Origin: a bacterium
GTDB taxonomy: Bacteria > UBA8248
Direction of reading: 5' to 3'
DNA length: 64,000 nt
Assembly (NCBI GenBank): GCA_965207065.1
Contig: OZ242260.1
Span: 800,001 to 864,000, forward strand
Shown: positions 56,712-64,000 of the stretch, piece after piece
Layout of the letters: the number at the start of each line of letters is the position of its first letter
Numbering within the stretch: position 1 is the stretch's first letter
Translations under genes and position numbers: made by a program
The notes under the pieces: generated by a model
What the model saw: only the letters and a program-made list of their open reading frames with translations
Told to the model about the DNA's origin: nothing
The model's database searches: none

Positions 56712-58292
56712 TTAAAGTCCTTTTTCGATGAGATATTCCACCGGATTATAGTCGTCCGTCAAAACCGGGCCATAAAGGCGCGAGCCCGGCGGCGCCACGC
56801 GAGAGCGCGCGGCGAACTCGAACTTCCGGTCCCGGCGTATCGCCTCGCTTACCCGGCGGAAGCGACCTGCGTCCTCGTCCCGGAACCCGAAGATGAGAAT
56901 GTTCTGCGCTACATAAGCGTTGGCCGGGTCCGTACTGTAGATGTATATCTCGGGGAACACCGACTTCATCGTCCGGTAGACGGATGCGTAAATCGCGCCG
57001 CCGGCGCCCGCGCGGTAGCCGATCAGGTTCAGCATGAACACGCCGCCGGACGCCAGGCGCTCACGCGCTTCCTCGAAAAACTCCCGGGTGACCAGATGCG
57101 GCGGTATGTTCCTCAAGCCCCGGTAGGCGTCGCCGACGATGAAATCGTATTTTTCACCGGATGAGCGGAGAATGCGCCTGCCGTCTCCCACCAGGGTCTT
57201 CAGCTTCGGGAATTTCCCCAGCCTGAAAAATTTTTTTCCCGCATCGACGACTTCCTCGTCGAGTTCGGCCACTGCGATGGACATCTCAGGCTTCATGAGT
57301 TGAAGGGCCTTGGGCATCGTGAAGGCGCCGCCGCCGATGAAGATCGCGCGCTTCATGTGGGGCGCGAACAGCGGCCCCAACTCCAGGAAGCGAGTGTATT
57401 CGTAAAAAAACTTTCTGTCGTCGTCCAGGACCATCGCCCCCTCGGGCTGATGATCCAGGTACATCTCGCGCACACGCGCGCCGTCCGCTTTGGCCCTCTC
57501 GAACACGCGGATCATGTGGTACATGTTCTCGCGCACCCAAATCGTATCTTTATCCACGCCTGGGATGACGCCCAGCCACGCGGCGCCAGTCCCCATCGAG
57601 GCGAGCACGAACGCTCCGAGAAGCAGGTTCGCCCGCGCGTTTCGCTTCGAGAACAAACTGGCGAGGTCGCCGCTGAGGTAGAGCCCGAAGAGCGCCGTCA
57701 GCGCAAGCGCGCCCGCCGTCGTCAGGAAGATGCCGTTCAGCCCGAAGAAGGGAATGAAGACGAAGCCCGTCGCAAACGTGCCGAGGATGCTCCCGACCGT
57801 GGACCAGGTGAAGAGGTTGCCCGTCACCGCCCCCAGGCTCCCCACTCCCCTGGCTGCGAGCTTCACCGCGAAGGGCGTCAGCGTGGCGAGCACGCATCCC
57901 GGAGCGGCGAAGAGCAAAAGACCGGCGAACACCGGCCCCGAGCGCAGGCCCAGGCCCTCTTCCATCGCGGGCAGCAGAATCCCCCGCAGGGCCGGCACAA
58001 GGGCCACGAGTCCCGCGCCGCCCAGCATGAGCAGGAAGAACAATTTCGTAGACGGCTTGCGATCCGCGAGCCTCCCGCCGATGGAATAGCCGAGGCTCAG
58101 CGCGGCCAGGATGATGCCGATCATCGAGGTCCAGGTGTAGAGCGTGTTGCCGAAGTGAGGGGCGAGCACGCGTCCCGCCGCGATCTCCATGACGAGAATC
58201 GAGCCGCCCGAGAGAAAGACCGAGAAATAGAGATACAGGCCCGCCATGTTCTTCGTTTCCGTTTCCGGCGCTCGCCTGGGCTGCCTCGCCAC
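56712..58292 (-). CDS. Fused membrane domain / spermidine synthase-like methyltransferase
   Basis: N-terminal TMs (MEI.AGR.LAP.FGN, STVGSILGTF) plus IGGGA..ELD..GDGR..YD.IV.DA and VLTDDYNP; GTG start with a GAGGAG RBS. Confidence 0.88.
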   Translation of the reverse strand: MARQPRRAPETETKNMAGLYLYFSVFLSGGSILVMEIAAGRVLAPHFGNTLYTWTSMIGIILAALSLGYSIGGRLADRKPSTKLFFLLMLGGAGLVALVPALRGILLPAMEEGLGLRSGPVFAGLLLFAAPGCVLATLTPFAVKLAARGVGSLGAVTGNLFTWSTVGSILGTFATGFVFIPFFGLNGIFLTTAGALALTALFGLYLSGDLASLFSKRNARANLLLGAFVLASMGTGAAWLGVIPGVDKDTIWVRENMYHMIRVFERAKADGARVREMYLDHQPEGAMVLDDDRKFFYEYTRFLELGPLFAPHMKRAIFIGGGAFTMPKALQLMKPEMSIAVAELDEEVVDAGKKFFRLGKFPKLKTLVGDGRRILRSSGEKYDFIVGDAYRGLRNIPPHLVTREFFEEARERLASGGVFMLNLIGYRAGAGGAIYASVYRTMKSVFPEIYIYSTDPANAYVAQNILIFGFRDEDAGRFRRVSEAIRRDRKFEFAARSRVAPPGSRLYGPVLTDDYNPVEYLIEKGL

Positions 58293-58476
58293 AACGCACT
58301 CCTCGAAAAAATGAAACCCACACCCGGCAAAAATGAATCCGCACTCTATGGCACAGAAAGGCCTGAGGCAAGCCTTGGGTCCGCCTGGATTTTTTCGGGT
58401 CGATGCCTCATAAATAGATTGAAATTCGCACGGAACCAAGCTGTATGGATTTTCCCTCAACAAAGAGAACGACGAT

Positions 58477-59166
58477 TTGACCTCCGATAAGGTGTATCCA
58501 TCTTCCAAAGCCGCCATCGCCGATATACCCGATGGCGCCACCATTCTGCTGGGCGGGTTCGGCGGCGCGGGCATCCCGGAAAATCTCCTGGTCGCCATGG
58601 CCGATCATCCCGCGCGCGACCTGACCGTCGTCACCAACCACGCGGGTTTCGGCGAGCGCGGCCTCGCCGTGCTGCTCAGGCAGGGAAAGGTGCGGAAAAT
58701 CATCTGCAGCTACGCCTTCCACAGGAGCGCGTTCGTGTTCAGAGAACTGTTCCTCGAGGGAAAAATCGAACTCGAACAACTACCCCAGGGGACCATGGCC
58801 GAGAGAATCCGGGCGGCGGGCGCGGGCATCGCCGCCTTCTACACGCCCACCGGCGTCGGCACGCAGGCGGCCGAGGGCAAAGAGACTCGCACGATCAACG
58901 GACGCGAGACCGTTCTCGAACATCCCCTGCCGGGCGACGTCGCGATCATCAAGGCGCACCGGGCCGACAGCACGGGAAACCTCACCTACCGGGGCACGGC
59001 GGCGAACTTCAACCCCGTCATGGCGACGGCGGCTCCGCTCACCATCGTCGAGGTGGAGGAAATCGTGGACCCCGGCATCATCGCGCCAGAGAGCGTACAC
59101 ACGCCATCGATATACGTGCAAAGAGTCGTAAGAGGAGAAGACCTTGGCCTCCGATCCGAAACTTGA
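58477..59166 (+). CDS. 3-oxoacid CoA-transferase subunit A
   Basis: GGFG..GIPE.L, PQGTMAERIRAAGAGI.AFYTPTG.GT and NFNP.MA. Confidence 0.92.
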   Translation: MTSDKVYPSSKAAIADIPDGATILLGGFGGAGIPENLLVAMADHPARDLTVVTNHAGFGERGLAVLLRQGKVRKIICSYAFHRSAFVFRELFLEGKIELEQLPQGTMAERIRAAGAGIAAFYTPTGVGTQAAEGKETRTINGRETVLEHPLPGDVAIIKAHRADSTGNLTYRGTAANFNPVMATAAPLTIVEVEEIVDPGIIAPESVHTPSIYVQRVVRGEDLGLRSET

Positions 59167-59839
59167 GAACTGCGCCCTCAAGCCGGCCGACATCACCCGT
59201 CGCGTGGCGGCGGAACTGCCGGACGGCGCGGTGGTGAACTTAGGCATCGGCATCCCCACGCTGGTGGGCAATTACGTGGAAGCCGGGCGCGGCGTGATGT
59301 TCATGGCCGAAAACGGAATCATCGGCGCGGGTCCCAGGCCCGATCCCGGCGAAGAGGACAAGGACTACATCAACGCCTCGCGTGAACCCATCACCACGCT
59401 TCCGGGCGCGTCCGTGTTCGGACACGCCGACGCCTTCGCCATGATACGCGGCGGCCACATCGACATCGCCATCATGGGCGCGCTGCAGGTCTCGGCCCAG
59501 GGCGATCTGGCGAACTGGACGGTGCCGGGACTGGGCAAAGGCGGCATCGGCGGCGCGATGGATCTGGCGGCGGGCGCGCGCGAGGTCTACGCCATCATGA
59601 CCCACACCATGAAAGACGGCGGCCTGAAGCTCCTCGAAGATTGCACCTATCCCCTCACCGCGCGGCAGGTCGTCACCAAGCTGTTCACCGACATCGCGTT
59701 CATCGAGTTCACGCCGGATGGCCCCATCTTAAGGGAAGTGGCCGAAGGCCTCACCGCCGATGACGTGCAGGCGGTGAGCGAACCCAGACTCCTCACGAAC
59801 GGGCCGCCGGGCACCCTGACGCGTGAGGAAACGCCATGA
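59144..59839 (+). CDS. 3-oxoacid CoA-transferase subunit B
   Basis: VNLGIGIPT, AENG (catalytic Glu), GDLANW and GGAMDL. Confidence 0.92.
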   Translation: MASDPKLENCALKPADITRRVAAELPDGAVVNLGIGIPTLVGNYVEAGRGVMFMAENGIIGAGPRPDPGEEDKDYINASREPITTLPGASVFGHADAFAMIRGGHIDIAIMGALQVSAQGDLANWTVPGLGKGGIGGAMDLAAGAREVYAIMTHTMKDGGLKLLEDCTYPLTARQVVTKLFTDIAFIEFTPDGPILREVAEGLTADDVQAVSEPRLLTNGPPGTLTREETP

Positions 59840-61056
59840 CGCGCGCGGGGAGCGGCCTCTCCTCCAATCCCGATTCCGCCACCGCCGCGCGCGAAGCGAT
59901 AGAAGAAGCCATGGCGGAGGCGAAGATCGACGCCGCCTCCCTCGTTTTCCTGTTCGCGACACCGGGACACCTGAGCAGATGGCCCGAGGTGGTCGCCGCA
60001 GTCGCCGAGGGGACAGGCGGCGCAAGGGTCGTCGGCTGCACGGGCTTCGGCGTCATGACGGCGCAGGGCGAAATCGAGCGGACGCCGGGCATCTCGGTTC
60101 TGGCGGTCGGTGGCGACGCCCCGCCCGCAGCGCCTTTTCTGGTCGAGGGCCTTGGCGACGCGCCACTGGAAAGCGGGCGCGCCATCGGCCGGGCGGCGAA
60201 AAAAGAGCTGGGAGACGCACTCTCTCACGAGAATTCGCCCCTGGTCGTCATCATGCCCGACAGCTATCACCTCCAGGCCGACGCGCTTTTCGAGGGAATT
60301 CACGAGGAGTTGGGTGAGGAGGCCATCATCGTGGGGGGCGGCGCCGCCGAGGACGGCTCGGCGGGGAAAACATTTCAGTTCCTGGACGGTCAGATGCAGA
60401 CAAACGCCGTCTCGGGCGTCGTATTCGCGGGCGCGCCCAGGCGGTTTATTGGAATATCACAGGCTTATCTACCGGTGGGCGAGCCCAGGCTCATCACCCG
60501 GGCGGAGGATAACGTCGTCTGGGAGATTTCCGGCGAGCGCGCCTACGACGCCTTCGCCGAGGCGGCGGGCCCCGAATGGATGGAGAACATCCAGTTCGCC
60601 GCCATGAACCTGTTCATCGGCATTCCGGGGGATCCGGACAAGGTGATGCTCGACCACGGCGAATATATCGTGCGGCCCATCGTGGGCGCGGACGAAGAGC
60701 GGGGCATCATCGCGCTGCCGACGCCGGTGAAAACAGGCCAGGCCATCACCTTCGCCAAACGGGACGGTTCGCGCGCGCGTGAGGACCTCCGCACGATGCT
60801 GGAAAAAGGATCCCGGCGCTTCGGCGCCACAGAAGAAGCGGACGCGCGCGCGTTCGGCCTATATTTCAACTGCGCGGGCCGGGGCAGCTCCCTCTACGGA
60901 GAGAAGGAGGTGGACGCCATGGCGATCCGGGAGAAGATGCGCGGGCTGCCCGTCGCGGGGTTTTTTACGGGTTCCGAGATAGCGCCCATCGGGAAAATTG
61001 ATCACCTCCACCAGTATTCCGGCGTCCTCGTTCTGCTGGGAGAGGACACGGCCTAA
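59836..61056 (+). CDS. FIST (FIST_N + FIST_C) domain protein
   Basis: VVGCTG.G, GGGA, SQ...P.GEP..IT, FNCAGRG and GFF..SEIAP. Confidence 0.88.
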   Translation: MTRAGSGLSSNPDSATAAREAIEEAMAEAKIDAASLVFLFATPGHLSRWPEVVAAVAEGTGGARVVGCTGFGVMTAQGEIERTPGISVLAVGGDAPPAAPFLVEGLGDAPLESGRAIGRAAKKELGDALSHENSPLVVIMPDSYHLQADALFEGIHEELGEEAIIVGGGAAEDGSAGKTFQFLDGQMQTNAVSGVVFAGAPRRFIGISQAYLPVGEPRLITRAEDNVVWEISGERAYDAFAEAAGPEWMENIQFAAMNLFIGIPGDPDKVMLDHGEYIVRPIVGADEERGIIALPTPVKTGQAITFAKRDGSRAREDLRTMLEKGSRRFGATEEADARAFGLYFNCAGRGSSLYGEKEVDAMAIREKMRGLPVAGFFTGSEIAPIGKIDHLHQYSGVLVLLGEDTA

Positions 61057-61092
61057 GGGAAAAATTACTCATCATCCACGGGAGTGCGTCTT

Positions 61093-61521
61093 ATGGGATA
61101 CAGCACAGGCAACATCATCATCACGACCCTTCATGTGCTGAGCGCGATTCTGGCGGTCGGCGGCGTGGCCTTTCTTCGCTTCGTGGTCATCCCCACGGCG
61201 ACGGACCTCCCCGAGGCGGAGCGGGGGCCGTTCATGGCGAAAATCCAGAAACGGTTCATCCCCATACTCCACGGCTCGTTCCTGATCCTGATACTGACGG
61301 GGTTTCACCACCTCACCCGTCTCGTGCGGAGCGGCCTCGCCATTCCGGGGTCGCTGATCGTGAAGATCGTCCTGGCGCTCGTCATCATCTTCATAGGAGT
61401 CGCGCTCACCATCCCGAAGGGCTTCGGGGGCATGAAGACGCAGCGCAAGACCTGGCTCCTCATCAATCTGATCCTCGCCCTCATCGTCGTCTACCTGGGC
61501 GTTTCGGTCACCCACGGGTAA
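61093..61521 (+). CDS. 4-TM membrane protein (CopD/DUF4149-like)
   Basis: LHVLSAI..VGG..F, LTG and KI.LAL; four hydrophobic segments. Confidence 0.6.
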   Translation: MGYSTGNIIITTLHVLSAILAVGGVAFLRFVVIPTATDLPEAERGPFMAKIQKRFIPILHGSFLILILTGFHHLTRLVRSGLAIPGSLIVKIVLALVIIFIGVALTIPKGFGGMKTQRKTWLLINLILALIVVYLGVSVTHG

Positions 61522-61545
61522 GGCAGGCAAAGGAGAGCGTAAGTG

Positions 61546-62547
61546 ATGCGGGCAGGCTGGTACGAACGCAAGGGCGGGGCGCGCGAGGTCATCGAAGTCG
61601 GCGAGATGGCGAGGCCCGAACCCGGCGCAGGCGAAATCAGGGTGCGGCTTCACGCATCGGGCGTGAACCCCACGGATTGCAAGCGCCGCGGCGGCCAGGG
61701 AACCGAGGACTGGGGCTATTTCGAGCATTTTCCCGATTTTCCGAGGACCATCCCCCACAACGACGGCGCGGGCGTCGTGGACAAGTCAGGACCTGGCGCG
61801 AGCGGCCATGAAGTCGGCGATCGCATTTGGGTCTACAACGCGCGCTACAAACGCGCGTTCGGCACCTCGGCGCAGTACGTCTGCCTGCCCGAGAGGTTTC
61901 TGGTCCGCCTGCCGGAGGGAACCACATTCGCAGAAGGGGCGTGCCTCGGCATTCCCGCCATGACGGCGCATCGATGCCTGTTCGCGGACGGCCCCATCGA
62001 GGGCAAGACGGTGCTGGTGACGGGCGGCGCGGGCCGCGTGGGCGTCTACGCCGTGCAACTGGCCAGATGGGCGGGAGCGCGCGTGATCGCCACGGTGAGT
62101 TCGGACGCCAAGGCGGAGCGGGCGTCGGCGGCCGAGCACATCATCAACTACCGCGAAGAAGACGTTGCCGAAAAGGTGCTTGCGATCACGGACGGCGCGG
62201 GCGTGGACCGCGTTGTGGACGTGAATTTAGGGGTGAACTGGGAGACGAACTACAAAATCCTGAAGGTCGGCGGCGTGATCACATCTTATTCCTCGATGGG
62301 GGACCGCAACCCACGCTTTCCCCACTACGAACTCATGCTGAACAACATCACCATCAGACTCGTGATGGTCCACTGCTGCCCGCCGGAGGCTCTGCTCCAC
62401 GCGGCGGCGGACATCACCCGCGCGCTGGACGCAGGCGCGCTCACACACCACATCGCCGAGCGTTTCCCGCTCGAAGAACTCGCAAGCGCGCACGAGACCG
62501 TGGAAGCGGGTGAAGCGGTTGGCAACGTAATCGTGGAAATCGACTAG
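61546..62547 (+). CDS. NADPH:quinone oxidoreductase (zeta-crystallin/MDR family)
   Basis: SGVNPTD, PHNDGAG, GIPAMTAH and LVTGGAGRVG..AVQLA. Confidence 0.9.
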   Translation: MRAGWYERKGGAREVIEVGEMARPEPGAGEIRVRLHASGVNPTDCKRRGGQGTEDWGYFEHFPDFPRTIPHNDGAGVVDKSGPGASGHEVGDRIWVYNARYKRAFGTSAQYVCLPERFLVRLPEGTTFAEGACLGIPAMTAHRCLFADGPIEGKTVLVTGGAGRVGVYAVQLARWAGARVIATVSSDAKAERASAAEHIINYREEDVAEKVLAITDGAGVDRVVDVNLGVNWETNYKILKVGGVITSYSSMGDRNPRFPHYELMLNNITIRLVMVHCCPPEALLHAAADITRALDAGALTHHIAERFPLEELASAHETVEAGEAVGNVIVEID

Positions 62548-63764
62548 GCGATACTCAGCTTTTTCAACCCCGATTCCAGGGCGTCGAGCGTCCGGTCGAT
62601 CTGCGCCTCGGTGTGCGTCGCCATGAGGGTGGCCCTGAGCCTGCTGGTGCCCTCGGGCACCGTGGGCGGGCGGATGGCTAAGAGATAAACGCCCGCCTCC
62701 ATCAGGTATTCCGCGAGCGCCAGCGTTTTTTCCGTGTCCTTGATGATGATGGGGAAAATCGGAATCTCCGCCCCGGGAGGCTGCTCGCTCACGCGAACCC
62801 CGATGTAGCGAAGCCCCGCGCGAAAGCGCGCGCACAAGTCCGCCAAATTCTCCCGGCGGCGCTCCCCCTCGGCGCCTTCCACGACGCGAAGGGCGGCGCG
62901 GGAGGCAGCGGCCACGGCGGGCGGCGGGCTGGTCGAGTAGATATAGGGCCGCGCCTTGTTGATGAGGTAATCGATCACTTCGGAATCCGCGCACGCGAAT
63001 GCGCCGTATGAGGCGAGCGCCTTGCCCAGCGTGCCCATGGACACCGATACGCCGTCTTCCACACCGAAATAAGCGCCGCTCCCCCTGCCGTCCTGGCCGA
63101 TGACCCCCGTGCCGTGCGCGTCGTCGACCACGAGCATCGCGCCATATTTGCGCGCGAGGTCGCAGATACCGCGCAGGGGCGCCAGATCGCCGTCCATGCT
63201 GAAGACGCCGTCCGTCACGATGAGCTTCCGGCGCGCCCGGGAATTCTTGAGAGCGTCTTCCAGGCGATTGAGGTTCGCGTGCGGATAGATGTGGACCTGC
63301 GCCCGGGAGAGCCGGCAGCCGTCCACGATGCTCGCGTGATTTAACGCGTCACTGAAAACGGCGTCTCCCTCACCGGCCAGGGCGGTGATCAACCCCACGT
63401 TCGCCAGAAACCCCGAGCCGAAGAGGAGCGCGGCGTCCTTTCGCTTGAAAGCGGCCAATGCGCGCGCCAACTCTTCGTGAGCGCTCATGTGGCCCGAAAT
63501 GAGCGGGGAGGCGGCCCCGCTCGCGCCTGCGGCCCTTGCCGCCTCAACGGACGCCTCGATAATGGCGGAAAAATTAGCGAGGCCCAGATAGTTGTTGCTC
63601 GAGAGGTTGATGAGGGTCCTGCCTCCGTGGCGCATGGTCGGCCCCTGCATTCCCTCAACCGTGCGCAAGCCCCGGCGCAGATTGGCTTCCGTGAGTTCGC
63701 GCAGTTCATCTTCCAGCTGCGCCTTCCAGTCTTTTTGAGTGGTGTCTACGCTCGTCTCGTCCAT
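62544..63764 (-). CDS. bioF: 8-amino-7-oxononanoate synthase
   Basis: SSNNYLGL, DALNHASI, DGVFSMDGD, DDAHG, GTLGKA and IRPPTVP.G..RLR. Confidence 0.92.
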   Translation of the reverse strand: MDETSVDTTQKDWKAQLEDELRELTEANLRRGLRTVEGMQGPTMRHGGRTLINLSSNNYLGLANFSAIIEASVEAARAAGASGAASPLISGHMSAHEELARALAAFKRKDAALLFGSGFLANVGLITALAGEGDAVFSDALNHASIVDGCRLSRAQVHIYPHANLNRLEDALKNSRARRKLIVTDGVFSMDGDLAPLRGICDLARKYGAMLVVDDAHGTGVIGQDGRGSGAYFGVEDGVSVSMGTLGKALASYGAFACADSEVIDYLINKARPYIYSTSPPPAVAAASRAALRVVEGAEGERRRENLADLCARFRAGLRYIGVRVSEQPPGAEIPIFPIIIKDTEKTLALAEYLMEAGVYLLAIRPPTVPEGTSRLRATLMATHTEAQIDRTLDALESGLKKLSIA

Positions 63765-63895
63765 GCGCTCATTTTAGGAGACAAAGACGCGCCCGAAAAG
63801 CGGGGACGGCGAAACTCTTGCGCCGTATGCGCAATGGTGTCATTTTTCGGGAGACTTTGGTGGTCCGGATTCAACCCGGCGGAAAGGAGCTTCTG

Positions 63896-64000
63896 TTGAA
63901 CTGGCTTTTGGTGGCGGGCGGCGGCGCAATCGGCAGCGCGCTGCGATACGGACTGGCGCTCTTCGTGCAGCGATCGCTGGGCGCAGGCTGGCCCTTCGGC
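63896..64000 (+). CDS. crcB: Fluoride exporter CrcB/FluC (N-terminal part, runs off the window)
   Basis: Not in the ORF track; TTG start after AAAGGAG translates to (M)NWLLVAGGGAIGSALRYGLALFVQRSLGAGWPFG, the FluC GG..G...RY..(F/W)P.G signature. Confidence 0.88.
   Translation, partial: MNWLLVAGGGAIGSALRYGLALFVQRSLGAGWPFG

Noticed and set aside
336-63709. Many long overlapping antisense or alternate-frame ORFs (e.g. 3768-5474, 11534-13291, 18811-20202)
   Set aside because: Arg/Gly/His/Ala-rich shadow ORFs expected in high-GC DNA; each overlaps a well-supported gene and has no family motifs.
63765-63895. Fluoride riboswitch upstream of crcB
   Set aside because: Only a loose GCAATGGTGTC resemblance; the pairing arm and downstream GCTRATGAC element were not found. 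A covariance-model search would settle it.

Overview
High-GC bacterial chromosome segment; the taxon cannot be fixed from sequence alone. About 24.5 kb (356-24841, minus strand) holds two complex I (nuo) operons in tandem. The upstream one is the full 14-gene nuoA-N set. The downstream one has only 10 genes (nuoABCDHJKLMN), lacks nuoE, F, G and nuoI, has a shortened NuoD, and has a perfect FNR/CRP-like palindrome upstream. An accessory catabolic region follows: a PLP decarboxylase (Hdc-like) plus ACT protein; an amidohydrolase-NifU_C-2xMFS cluster ending in a GrdB/PrdB-like gene split by an in-frame TGA that looks like selenocysteine (UxxC, with a SECIS-like hairpin); a cobalt nitrile/thiocyanate hydrolase-like gene pair with no beta N-terminal-half gene; twin amidohydrolases; a triple-repeat lipoprotein; and a CoA-transferase-fold pair lacking the catalytic Glu. 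Housekeeping genes include scpA, scpB, a panE-like gene, rluB, a pgsA-like gene, pduO, bioF and a partial crcB. A two-gene islet (GIY-YIG-like nuclease + YaaA/DUF6884-like protein) sits between 153-bp direct repeats of the pduO 3' end and is a candidate uncharacterised defence or DNA-repair module. No rRNA, tRNA, CRISPR array, transposase or integrase was recognised. Family assignments come from motif recognition by eye, not database searches.
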